From positions 22,630,001 through 22,694,000 of the forward strand of contig NC_079167.1 in NCBI RefSeq assembly GCF_947568905.1: 64,000 bases of DNA. Direction: 5' to 3'. Source of the stretch: Ostrea edulis (taxonomy: Eukaryota). This document shows, in pieces, positions 12,917 through 23,820 of the stretch. The translations under genes were made by a program, and so were the position numbers. The notes under the pieces are model-generated. The model worked only from the letters and a program-made list of their open reading frames with translations, ran no database searches and was not told where the DNA came from. Position 1 is the stretch's first letter. Every line of letters begins with the position of its first letter.

Positions 12917-13573
12917 AACAAGAGGTTCATGGGCCACATCGCTCACCTGAGTCACCTTGGTCCATGTCAAAGACTTTCCATATATATTTGTATGTAAAAC
13001 CGAAGTCCCTATTATGGCCCCAAACTACCCCTGGAGGACATGACTTGAACAAACTTGAATCTGCACTATGTCAGAAAGCTTTCATGTAAATATCAGCTTT
13101 TCTGGCTCAGCGGTTCTTGAGAAGATGATTTTTAAATATTTTTCCCATATATTTGTATGTAAAACTTTGAATCTGCACTATATCAGGAAGCTTTCATATA
13201 AATCTCAGCTTTTCTGGCTCAATGGTTTTTGAGAAGAAGATTTTTAAAGATTTTTCATATATATGTATTTGTATGTAAAACTTTCATCCACCTTGTGGCC
13301 CCATCCAACCCCCGGGGCCATGATTTTAACAATTTAGAATCTGCACTACCTAATAAAGCTTATCTATAAATTTCATCTTTTCTGGCCCAGTGGTTCTTGA
13401 GAAGAAGATGCAACCAAAATTTCACATATTCTTAATTATCTCCCCTTGAAAAAGGGCATGACCCTTCATTTGAACAAATCTGAATCCCCTTCACCCAAAG
13501 ATGCTTTGTGGCAAGTTTGGTTGAATTTGGCCCAGTGGTTCTGGAGAGAAGTCAGGTTCAGGTGAGCTAAAAA
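12917..13573 (+). mobile_element. Helentron-type non-autonomous element with Cg170-like ~166-bp satellite units
   Basis: aacaagag...gctcacctgag 5' end, tcaggtgagctaa 3' subterminal inverted repeat, internal cttgaatctgcacta...ttcttgagaagaagat units. Confidence 0.8.
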
Positions 13574-14546
13574 GGAGAAAAGTCGGAGATGGCTACATTA
13601 TTGCAGCTACTACTACTACTACTACTACACACACACACACACACACCCCATTATAAGAAATGGAGGGATTTTCTCCGCCTGCCCCCCCCCTTCCCCCACC
13701 CCCTTTGAATAACGATACTACTTGCCCGACGCTCACTCATTTTAACCTGCTTGATTTCATGTTTACATTTTTTATACACTAGGAAGTGACAACATGGGGA
13801 AACAGGTGCGTACTTTTATTCTATAAATTAATTCTTGCGATGCATGATGTGAATTATGCAACTCTAAATTGTATAGAAGATGAATTTCATTTTGTTACTG
13901 ATTGCCCATTCTATGTTGAAGAGAGAAATATGGTTTTTCCCCCATGATATACGATATCCAAGCTCAATTTTTATGTATTTAACATACTAGGATAAATTTA
14001 AAGACAAACCATTAATTTTCAAATTGAGTGAATATCTAGTCAAAACTTTAAGAAAAAGATTTGATGCTATAAAACTGCAAAATTATTATTCATACTTTGG
14101 TATAGCACTGATATTATCCATTTACTTTTGTATATATCCGATTTGCAAATCATATATGTACTTATTCCCCTCATATGCTGTATCCACATGTAGTTTATAG
14201 TTAATGCTGTAATCCTTTCTGAATTTTTTTTCTTTATCTTATGCGCTCTGAGCCCAAAATTGGAATAAACTTATCTTGCGCAGAAAAAAATTGCGCCATA
14301 AATTGAAGGTTTTTACAAGGGGTGGATCTAGCTTTCTGATATATTTCAATTCCCCCCAGAGAGTTAGAGACCTGCAGCTACTTTTAAAATTAGTAAAGAT
14401 ACTTGTGCTGTAGTAAACATTTAGGTTATAGGACTATATCAATACATTCGGTGTTGGGGTGAGGAGGCTGGACACATTCTTACAAAAGAGAGATGGATTA
14501 TGTTTCATGTACTTTTTGTGATTAGAGTGATCTCCCTTATTAACAT

Positions 14547-15140
14547 TTTTAGCTCACCTGAGCCGGACTCGTCGTAAACTTTTTACATTTTCATCATTTC
14601 CAGAACCACTGGACCAATTTCAACGACACTTGGCACAAAGCATACTTGGGTGAAAGGAAATTCATGTTTGTTCAAATGAAGCGTCATGCCCCCTCCAAGG
14701 GGGAGATAATCATAAAAATGCAAAAGGGGGGGGGTATTTAAAAATCTTCTCAAGAACTACAGGGCCAGAAAAGCTGAAATTTACAAGAAAACTTTCTGAC
14801 AAAGTGGAAATTCAAGTTTTTTTTAAATCATGACCCCTGGGTAGGGTGGAACCACAATAGGGGATCAAAGTTTTACATGCGAATGTATAGGGAACCAAAC
14901 TTGGCACAAAGCATCCTTAGATATGAAAAGTCATACTCGTCTTCATGGGCATATGATAATTTTAAATGAATTTGTAGTCAAGTTTAATAATTAAATTCGA
15001 TATTTAATGAATTTTTAGTCGTAATTTTTGAAAAGTTTTTTCCTAAACCAAACTGCGTGTATAATGATAATTTTGCTCAAGCTTGTTTCTTGCTAGGAAC
15101 TAATGCTTAGATGAGCGATGTGGACCATGGACCTCTTGTT
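14547..15140 (-). mobile_element. Helentron-type / Cg170-like element
   Basis: Reverse complement of the 12917-13573 family with both termini (ttagctcacctgag ... cctcttgtt). Confidence 0.8.
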
Positions 15141-16099
15141 AAAGACTTACTCTCATAGACTAATGCATGAATTTTTCTGAAAAGTTGTACTCTTTACTCA
15201 CCATATCAAGATGTACATGTACATTTCACATTGACATTTTGATTTGACAGAGTCCCCCCTTCTTTTGACAGGTGTTTCTTCAGCTGAATGAACTTTTGTA
15301 ATGACCTGTTCTCTCACTGAGACAACAAAATAAGTTTAGGATAGAGTATAATGGAATAAGTGTGTCAGTTTGTCTGTCTGTGAATATGATTACATCGGAT
15401 TATCCCTTGCAAACGAATTTGGGGTGGGGTGGGGGTGGGGTGGGGTAAATTAGAATCCCCTTGTCCGTAGGTCATATTCAACAAGTTCAAGGTCAGATTT
15501 TATTTATGACAATACTGGATTATTTCCATTTCTTTGATATCCCCAAACAAACAGGCAGCTTATACATGTGTATACTCATTACTGCATTGGTCAATTGTGT
15601 TAGACAATTATATATTGTATTAAATTCTGAAATCTTACGTAGATCATTCACAAGTTTAAAATGGTCTTTATAAAATGTAACATCGATTAGACATTTTTAT
15701 TCTCTCCTACAAAAATGAATTTATTCAATTGTGGTATTTGCTTTATATCCAGGCGAAGAACTTCTGGTTTTTAAAGTTCTGGTTAGGTAAACATTTCAAT
15801 TTCGTTTTCCAATTTCTTGGGTTCCAGTCAGCAAAAACTACCCAGAAGATGCGACGCTTGGCGATGTAAACAGTTAAATTATACATTCAAATCCCTCTTC
15901 GGAGGTTGTGGTAGAATTGGGGTCCAAAACTGCCGCAATTAAGAATTTTGAAAATCAGTATGAAATTATGACATACCAGAAATAAACGATCCGAGCAATC
16001 ACAGGAAAAACATTAAAAGTACATTGATATTTATTCTTTTATTTAAAAAAAAATACTGAAAAAAATATTCTGACGATGAATTTAACTAAATATTAAATA

Positions 16100-16255
16100 A
16101 GAGTCCAGATCTATCAAAACAAGAGTCCAGATCCATCAAAACAAGAGTTCAGATCCATCAAAACAAGAGTCCAGATCCATCAAAACAAGAGTCCAGATCC
16201 ATCAAAACAAGAGTCCAGATCCATCAGATTAAGAGTCTAGATCCATCAAAACAAA
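16100..16255 (+). repeat. 22-bp tandem repeat (AAGAGTCCAGATCCATCAAAAC) x~7, in the 3' UTR of the 156-aa gene
   Basis: Period 22 seen directly; starts ~10 nt after the TGA on the minus strand. Confidence 0.9.
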
Positions 16256-16263
16256 AGTCATCC

Positions 16264-16395
16264 TCAGGGTTTTAGTGTTATCCTAGAAAATCGAAGGACA
16301 AGCTCATCCACTAGGTTAGAACGAGTGTTGCATTCAGATTTTGTCCTCTTCGATGTCTCAACTGGGTCGGTGAATCTTTGTCTTTTACGAGATTT
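16264..16395 (-). CDS. 156-aa basic protein, coding exon 7 (KSRKRQRF...LVDELVLRFSRITLKP*)
   Basis: ttatctcttCAG acceptor, 132 nt, TGA at 16264-16266. Confidence 0.8.
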   Translation of the reverse strand, partial: KSRKRQRFTDPVETSKRTKSECNTRSNLVDELVLRFSRITLKP

Positions 16396-16494
16396 CTGAA
16401 GAGATAAATTTAATTAATAAACACGGTCTTTTACGTACATTTGAAAAGTTTGCGTCATGTTAAACCTTTTTCTTATCATAATACATGTACTTAC

Positions 16495-16557
16495 TTTTTC
16501 TGACTTTGTTTCCTTATGAGACTGAGCTCCCGCTGATTTACTCCCCTTCTTGGACAT
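16495..16557 (-). CDS. 156-aa basic protein, coding exon 6 (MSKKGSKSAGAQSHKETKSEK)
   Basis: CAG acceptor, 63 nt, GTAAGT donor, phase 0. Confidence 0.8.
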
Positions 16558-17030
16558 CTGTTTATAACAGATATATACATGTATATAAAGCCATTGTTAA
16601 TGTAATCATTTTCATTGAAATTTAATAGTATATAAATTATGTGATAAACTTCAAAGTGTACTTAGTGATTTGAAAATAAACGTAAAAACCGAGCATGACA
16701 TTTTGCACAACTTTAAGTGTACTTTTCTTAATTTACTGGGGCTAGAGACACAAAACTAGATAATATGAATTTCATTGATAGATGACATCATGTATATTGT
16801 CGAGCCTGTTAAAAACAGCAGATGATTCTCTACAATGAAGCTGAAGGTAATAACTCAAGCGTCCCTAACATGCCACAGAATTAATTCCCCATAATTCATC
16901 ACTCCTAACCCCCTCCCAAACCCAATGTTTTCTGGGAACTTCCTACCCATATAGTCAGTCCAATTGGCAAAGGAGACAATTTTGCAAATTCTCTGATTCG
17001 CTTTTTAATTGACTTCATTTACATGAATTC

Positions 17031-17109
17031 TAGCTGCAGAACTGTAGCTTTCTGAGAAACTATTGGCACTGTCCCAATATTTTGTCACAGAGCTACAGTT
17101 CTGCAGCTA
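17031..17109. mobile_element. 79-bp hairpin mini-MITE (TA ends)
   Basis: Perfect 19-bp TIR tagctgcagaactgtagct / agctacagttctgcagcta; related copies at ~42000, ~54185 and partials at ~14360 and ~63885. Confidence 0.75.
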
Positions 17110-17528
17110 TATGAATTCATGCTATGTATAAGATATACAGCACATATGCGTATAAAACCTTCTGGTAATATTCTATACAGTTGGGGGAAATGTTCACTAT
17201 ACATATGTAGAGAATCTTTATAGAAATTGTTCCAATGGATTCTATGTAGTAAACCTTTCAGAGAGGATTTCCTAGTTTCGGGGGGGGGGGGGGGGGGGGG
17301 GAGGGGGGGGGGCTCACCGGTATAAACTTTGAATACCTAGATTAAATAAGAGTATATATGTAATCCTGAAGACATGGTCCAGGTAAAACAAAAACACGTT
17401 CATATTCTACGTACATGTATCTGCTCCACATGGAGGAATATAGTTTGGCGAAAATGTCACGGGGAGACTTGTTTTCTTAGGAGAGGGTTGTATCAATAAC
17501 TGTAGTATTGCATGCAGTAGTTACTTAC

Positions 17529-17594
17529 GGACTCTCGTATAGACGTCAGCATTGCTGATACATTTTGCTCTATACTGGTCCACAAAGACAGATC
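17529..17594 (-). CDS. 156-aa basic protein, coding exon 5 (DLSLWTSIEQNVSAMLTSIRES)
   Basis: tctttTAG acceptor, 66 nt, GTAAGT donor, phase 0. Confidence 0.8.
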
Positions 17595-17696
17595 CTAAAA
17601 GATTAAACCATCTGTGACTTAACATGTATATATGCATAAAACTAGGATATATCAAATCATCAAAATAAAAGAAAAAAGAATTAGAAAACAACAGAC

Positions 17697-17759
17697 CTTT
17701 GGATGACTTTTGTGATGCTCTCCACTAGAGGAGCCTCGCCGGCGAATCTGAGACTGCGT
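17697..17759 (-). CDS. 156-aa basic protein, coding exon 4 (TQSQIRRRGSSSGEHHKSHPK)
   Basis: TAG acceptor, 63 nt, GTCTGT donor, phase 0. Confidence 0.75.
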
Positions 17760-17946
17760 CTATGAGTGTATAAATCGAGTAGTTAAATCGGATCATACTT
17801 CCTATCGACATATCTTTAGGCAGTTTTTGGTTCGTTCCGATTTCCATAATTACCATGATCCACCCCCCCCCCCCAACTAATTATCTTACAGCATACACAA
17901 ATGTACATTCACATTCCTGTATTGTACATGAATTTATATGTTTTAC

Positions 17947-18000
17947 CTTTGTTTGTCGGGATCTAGTTTTGTTACTTCTTTTATAATTCTGTGTGGCAAC
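17947..18000 (-). CDS. 156-aa basic protein, coding exon 3 (VATQNYKRSNKTRSRQTK)
   Basis: ttctttctatatcatgTAG acceptor, 54 nt, GTAAAA donor, phase 0. Confidence 0.75.
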
Positions 18001-18103
18001 CTACATGATATAGAAAGAACATGAAATTTCAATATTTTATGAAATTCTATAAAAATTTTGAACCTGCTTCAACATAATTATTGTAGTAATTAAATGATCG
18101 AAC

Positions 18104-18172
18104 CTTGTTTGACGACAGAGAGAGGTTCCGAAGAGCTGATGTGGCATCTTCGATATCTGCTTCATCAAATTT
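18104..18172 (-). CDS. 156-aa basic protein, coding exon 2 (KFDEADIEDATSALRNLSLSSNK)
   Basis: gttttcccttttCAG acceptor, 69 nt, GTTCGA donor (weaker), phase 0. Confidence 0.75.
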
Positions 18173-18490
18173 CTGAAAAGGGAAAACATTCTTCAGTACA
18201 CATTACTGTGTTTAAATCGTGGACTCGGAAATAGGTCCTGATCAAAACCGAGACTTCCGATAGTGAGAGAAAACAGGAGTAAAACTTTACTTTGGGGTGT
18301 GTGATGCTCTAAAGATATCTCATTAAGAATTTTATCACGAAAGTGAACTGTTACAGACATTTTATGAATTAAGACTGGTTAATAATTGTCTACAGATATT
18401 TCAAAGACGATTAACCTAGAGTATTTTGGTTAAAACATAACAAAAGGAAATTCTTAGCGATATATATCGTTCACATCGTGGAATATTTAC

Positions 18491-18514
18491 CCTCTTGTTT
18501 CGTGAATTTTTCAT
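18491..18514 (-). CDS. 156-aa basic protein, coding exon 1 (MKNSRNKR)
   Basis: ATG at 18514, 24 nt, AGG|GTAAAT donor, phase 0, ~100 nt downstream of the CRE/CCAAT cluster. Confidence 0.6.
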
Positions 18515-18611
18515 CTCAGTAGAAATTTTCTTCCCTAATATATACTAGTATTGCACAGCTTAAAAACGTGCCTGTTTCCTCCGTAAGAATGCGTTGGAAA
18601 CAAGCTGTAAC

Positions 18612-18680
18612 TCTGCAACGTCATAATTGATAACGTCATAATCCATAACGTCATAATCCATTATAGGAGCCAATAGGAAA
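18612..18680 (-). promoter_or_regulatory. Candidate promoter: three ATGACGT (CRE/ATF-like) motifs plus CCAAT box
   Basis: acgtcataat x3 and agccaatagg immediately upstream of the first coding exon. Confidence 0.45.
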
Positions 18681-18984
18681 TGTTTACCCGTGGGTGATCA
18701 TACATTGTACTTCGTTCTACAAAACTCCGACGATGGCCAACAGGTGTATGTCATAAAATATTTTTCTGATTAATAGATAAACAAAATTTAATCTATCGCC
18801 CTTCATGAAAATTATAACTGTGTGGAAGGTTTCGCCATTCTTGCACTGTTCTTGAACACATCTTATTGTATAAATACACAAAAGAATATACATCTTGAAT
18901 GCGAGTTCTCCCTCTATAAAGTTACCCACTAAATAAATCTGATAGGACTAAATCAAATTAAATTATCCACCGAACAGATTATTC

Positions 18985-19841
18985 AAAATCTGTTACATTT
19001 ATTAAGACACCACAGAGTCATCCACTTCTGCTTCATACTTAGATATTTTATTGAAAGTAGATATTAACGGCAAATTAAAAACTCAACTTTATGACAAACG
19101 GAATGATTTCTGCTTCTCCATCGTCAACTTCCCCTATTTATGTAGCAATATTCCATTATCACCTGCATATGGTGTTTATATCTATAAACTGATTCGATAC
19201 GCAAGAGCTTGTTCTGCGTATTGTCAGTTTTTAAATCAAATGATTAATCATATTTTGTTGAATTAGCGTGCCACACCTACTGTGACACGGGACATCCGTT
19301 TTTGAGGTCATCTCCGAGGACCCGTGACATTTACACCTGATGCCGAGCGTTTGGCGATGGAATTGTCACTACCTATTTTAACGATTAAAGTTTGTTGCGG
19401 CGAGATTCGAGCCCCGGCCTTCCGCATGCAGGGTGAACACTCTAACCACTACACTACCGCGGTGGTTTAAAATCGAGACAGGCTGCTAACAAACAAAGTG
19501 ATGGTACAGGGGTTTCAACAGTCTCGTTTGAAGTCAGCAGTTATCGTTATAACGATCTAGTTTGCCATTACAACTTATCATTGGGTCAAATGATGTCTGG
19601 TGTGTTTCATACCGAGTGCTAGGTCGTTCTTGGCACACTGGTTTTGACTACGAATAACTCCGTTTACCTGATCAAGTTATAGGACTCACGGCGAGTGTGA
19701 CCGGTCGACAGGGGGTGCTTACTCGTCATAGGCACCTGATCCCATCCCTGGTGTGTCCAGGGGTCCGTGTTTGCCCAATTCTCTATTTTGTATTGCTTAT
19801 GAGAGTTAAGAGATTGATCACTGTTCGTTATCTTCACCTCT
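18985..19841 (+). mobile_element. Penelope-like (Naiad-type) RT C-terminus and 3' UTR, interrupted by a SINE
   Basis: IKDTTESSTSASYLDILL..QLYDKRNDF.FSIVNFPYLCSNIPLSPAYGVYI..LIRYARACS ... LLTNK.MVQGFQQSRLKS; the ORF ends soon after RT with no C-terminal GIY-YIG, consistent with permuted (N-terminal EN) PLEs. Confidence 0.75.
19237..19466 (-). mobile_element. tRNA-derived SINE (Meta-type central domain), 3'-truncated
   Basis: Head accgcggtagtgtagtggttagag (A box) ... ggctcgaatc (B box); core gtcccgtgtcacagtaggtgtggcacg; TTTAAATC-like duplication on both sides. Confidence 0.7.
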
Positions 19842-19990
19842 CATTAATGGAGTTGTGTTATACATGTGTAATATATATTTACTTTGATTCTGTAAAAATA
19901 AAAAAATTAAAGACAAAAAGAAAATGTATTTACTATTATCATTATTATAAATTTTGGGTGTTTTAAAAGTTTATATTTCTGATTGCCGTT

Positions 19991-20750
19991 TCAGCTCACC
20001 TGAGCCGGAGGCTAAAGTGAGCATTTTTGATCGAAATTTGTCTGTTGTCTGTCTGTCGTAAACTTTTCACATTTTCATCTTCGTACAAGTGTATTATAGA
20101 TTTACTTTAATTATGTAAAAATAAAAATTTGAAGACAAAAAAAAACACTATTTTCTATGATCATTATTTATCTTAAATTTTGAGTTTTCAAAATGTTTCA
20201 TTTCTGGTTGCCGTTTTAGCTGCTCAAGTGGGCTTTTTTGATCTTTTGTCCGTTGTCTGTCGTCATCGTCGTCGTAAACATTTTATATATTTTCATCATC
20301 TCCAGAACCACTGGGCCAATATCAACCCAACATGGTACAAAGCATCCTTGGATAAAGGGATTCTTCAAATGAAGGGCCATGTATCCTTCAAAAGGGAGAT
20401 AAACACAAAATAGGGCCGGGTTATTTAAAAATCTTGTTCTCAAAAACCACTGGGCCAGAAAATCCTGAAATTTCCATGAAAGCTTCCTGTCATAGTGGAG
20501 ATTCAAGTATAATAAAATCATGACCCATAGGTGGAGGTAGGGACCACAATAGGGGTTCAAAATTTTGCATGCGAATATATAAAGAAAATCTTTAAAACTC
20601 TTCATCTCAAGAACCACCTGGCCATAAATAAGACTGGAGATTTAAGTGAAAGCTTCCTGACAAAGTGGAAATTCAAGTTTGTAAAAATAATGACCCCTGG
20701 TGTAATGGTAGGGCCACAGTAGGGGATCAAAGTTTTGCATGCGAATTATC
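19991..20750 (-). mobile_element. Helentron-type / Cg170-like element, partly duplicated end
   Basis: cagctcacctgagcc terminus at ~19992, again degraded at ~20216, followed by Cg170-like units. Confidence 0.7.
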
Positions 20751-20826
20751 ACGTTATTACGAGAAAAGATCAGGAAATTACAAGTTAATTACCCCGAAAT
20801 TGCAATAAAAAGATTTTTTTAAAAAT

Positions 20827-21045
20827 GGGGCCTCCGTGGCCGAGTGGTTAGAGCATCGCGCTCGAATCCCTCTCGCGCCGGTAAGTGAGGAAGTTTCCCA
20901 GTTTACTTTCGGAAGGTCGGTGGTCTCTTCCCAGGTACATTGTATCTTGGTTCTCTCTTCCACCAATAAAAAAAAAACTGGGCGCCACCATAAACATGTA
21001 ACTGAAAAATTGTTGAGAGTGGCGGAAAACATCAATCAACAATAA
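20827..21045 (+). mobile_element. tRNA-derived SINE (V-domain-like)
   Basis: ggggcctccgtggccgagtggttagag head, gctcgaatccc B box, ggtggtctcttcccaggtac...ccaccaataaaa core, (caat)n tail. Confidence 0.75.
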
Positions 21046-21589
21046 AGAAAAATGTAATGATTACAACTTTATTGTTTTTTTCATCAAGACAGCTAAGTGG
21101 TAGAGTGTGTGGTGTTTTGTGTAAATCGTCGAAATGCGGAAACAATAGATATGATTACTTACCACCACCACCACCACCACCACCCTCTCTCACCCCTTTC
21201 TAGTCCCTATTCTTCATCACCGATTATATTCGGCTTTTGTTGTTGGTAAAATTTAAAGTGCATATTAAAGTTTATTTCACACGGGAAAAGTCCCCCCCCC
21301 CCTCAATCCTTGATCCACCCACTGAGCTATTTGATTCAGATTTGCCTTCCTTTCCATTTTTAGAATACACTTTATAAGTTTCGGACGTAGTGGAGATGGG
21401 GGACGGGTACTGTTGTTGTTATTGACATGTATGATCGAAATTGTGGCATCTTAATTCGACTTATATATAACAGCTTTTTGTCAGGATTTCAAATGTTGAA
21501 TTATAACAGCAGATATTGGCAGACAATAGGAAGATGAACCATTCGGATATTAACATTATTTATTTTAATAATATTATTCATCATTAATT

Positions 21590-21745
21590 ATATTTGCACA
21601 TTATTTATAACTAAGGCTATTTGCACATTATTTATGGCTAATAATATTTGTACATCATTTATAACTAATAATATTTGCACATTATCCATAACTAATAATA
21701 TTTGTGCATTGCTTATCACTAATAATATTTGCTCATAATCTACCA
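21590..21745 (+). repeat. Degenerate ~22-bp tandem repeat (atatttgcacattatttataactaata-like)
   Basis: Seen directly, ~7 diverged copies. Confidence 0.75.
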
Positions 21746-21798
21746 CTAATGACATTATTCAAAAAGGGCATTAGAGTACTAGGTTGGTTTTTTTTTTA

Positions 21799-22458
21799 AA
21801 CTCACCTGAGCTGAAAAACTACTGGTCCCGGAAAGTGGAAATTTAGATGAAAGCTTCCTAACATAGTGCAGATTCAAGTTTGTACAAATTTTTACATACA
21901 AATATATAGGGAAAATCTTTAAAAATCTTCTTCTAAAAATCTACTGGACCAGGAAATTTACATGAAAGCTTCCTGACAGAGTACAGATTCAAGTTAGTTT
22001 GTTAAAATCATGGCCCCGGGGGTAAGATGAGGAGACAATAGGGGGTCAAAATTTCACATACAAATATATAAGGAAAATCTTTAAAAAATCTTCTCAAAAA
22101 CTACTGAGCCAGGAAAGTTGAAATTTACTTGAAACATTCCTGACATAGTGAAGATTTAAGTTTATTAAAATCATGGCTCCCGGGGGTAAGATGAGGCAAT
22201 AATAGAGGATTAAAGTTTTATATACAAATATATAGGGAAAATCATTAGAATTCTTCTGATGAAATCACTGGGCCAGAAAAGTTTACATTTACATGAAAGC
22301 TTCCTGACATAGTCCAGATTCAATTTTGGAAAAAAAACCCATGGCCCCCGGGAGTAGTTTGGGGGCACAATAAGTTTTACATGCGAATATATTGGAAAAT
22401 TCTTTAAATGTGAGCCAAGGTGACTCAGGTGAGCGATGTGGCCCATAGGGCTTTTGTT
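21799..22458 (-). mobile_element. Helentron-type / Cg170-like element, ~3.5 satellite units
   Basis: ctcacctgagctg ... caggtgagcgatgtggcccat termini. Confidence 0.8.
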
Positions 22459-22778
22459 TGAATTTCATTTAGTCAGTTGAGGTGAAGATTGCTCGGGAGA
22501 ATAAATGGTACGAAATCATGGTACGTGCTGCAGGGCGATTCTTGTTTTTAAAAAAAATATGAAGCATTTTTGTCTACATTATGAAATGATACAACTTAAT
22601 GTGCATGCGTTGATTTTTTATTCGAATTGTGACAGAATTAATGTAGTCCATTGTCTCGGAATTTCAAGAAAATCAATTGTATAATTTCGATATCTTTTCT
22701 CGTAATAACGAACAATAATTTTTTTTTACCCAAATTACTAATCGACTTTCGTTGATATATTTTTCTGTATCAGTGTCC

Positions 22779-22926
22779 NNNNNNNNNNNNNNNNNNNNNN
22801 NNNNNNNNNNNNNNNNNNNNNNNNNNNNNNNNNNNNNNNNNNNNNNNNNNNNNNNNNNNNNNNNNNNNNNNNNNNNNNNNNNNNNNNNNNNNNNNNNNNN
22901 NNNNNNNNNNNNNNNNNNNNNNNNNN
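22779..22926. other. Assembly gap (148 N)
   Basis: Run of N. Confidence 1.
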
Positions 22927-23100
22927 ACCCAGATTAAATTGTAATCATTAGATTTGTAAACCAAAAATAGTAGACATTACATGTAAAACTTTGACAAAGT
23001 CAACATCCCTCAAGTGATTGTAAAAAAAAACCAATTATTTTTATAATCCCCCATGTAATAAGATATCTTTATTTTTTACTATACAGAAATGTACATGCAA

Positions 23101-23672
23101 TGAACAAGTGAAGATAACGAACAGTGTCCAATCTCATAAATCGTATAAAGAAGACAAAATATAGGAGCAAACATGGACATCTGGACATACGAGATGTGGG
23201 ATTAGGTGACGAGATATCGTAAGACTCTCCAGTCAACCTGTCACACCCGCCGTGAGCCCTATGTCTTGATCTGATAAACGGGGTAATCCGTAGTCAAAAT
23301 CAGTGTGCCAATAGCGGCCGAACAATCGGTATGAAACGTGTCAGACAGCATTTGACCCAATAGCATGTTGTACTGTTGTACTGGCAAATAAACTAGATCA
23401 TTACAACGACCACAGAATTAGCAAAATGCTGACTTTAAACCCCTGTATCATCAACTGCTTTCTTTCCCGTGGGGATCCGAGTTAGAATTGGTCCTCAGTA
23501 CCGCTTGCTTGTCATCAGAGGAAACCAAATGGGACCAAATGGGGCGGTCTTTCGGATGAAACTGCAAAAACCGAGGTCCCGTGTCACAGCAGGTGTGGCA
23601 CGATAAAAATCCCTTCCTGCTCAAACGCCGTAAGCGCCGGACATAGGCCTAAATTCTGCAGCATTTCACCGA

Positions 23673-23710
<38 letters not shown>

Positions 23711-23820
23711 AGGGACATTAAACAATATTCAATCAATTCAATTAACTTGTTTGTCAGTAGAACAAGCTCTTGTGCGTATCGAATAAACACCATATGCAGG
23801 TAATAATGGAATATCATTAT
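23101..23820 (-). mobile_element. Penelope-like (Naiad-type) 3' fragment interrupted by a SINE
   Basis: Reverse complement of the 19.2-19.8k copy (NIP..PAYGVY..RACS..LTNK | LMIQGF..3' UTR). Confidence 0.7.
23457..23743 (+). mobile_element. 5'-truncated Meta-type SINE with (caat)n tail
   Basis: gtcccgtgtcacagcaggtgtggcacgataaa core; tail caatattcaatcaattcaat; short AACT duplication at both junctions. Confidence 0.7.

Noticed and set aside
18291-18360. Alternative first exon MSVTVHFRDK... with GTAAAG donor (ARF-like dual coding idea)
   Set aside because: The donor is phase 1; splicing to the 18172 exon gives K-I-stop immediately.
19380-21045. tRNA genes at ~19400-19460 and ~20827-20870
   Set aside because: A/B boxes are present but the cloverleaf is incomplete and continues into SINE cores.
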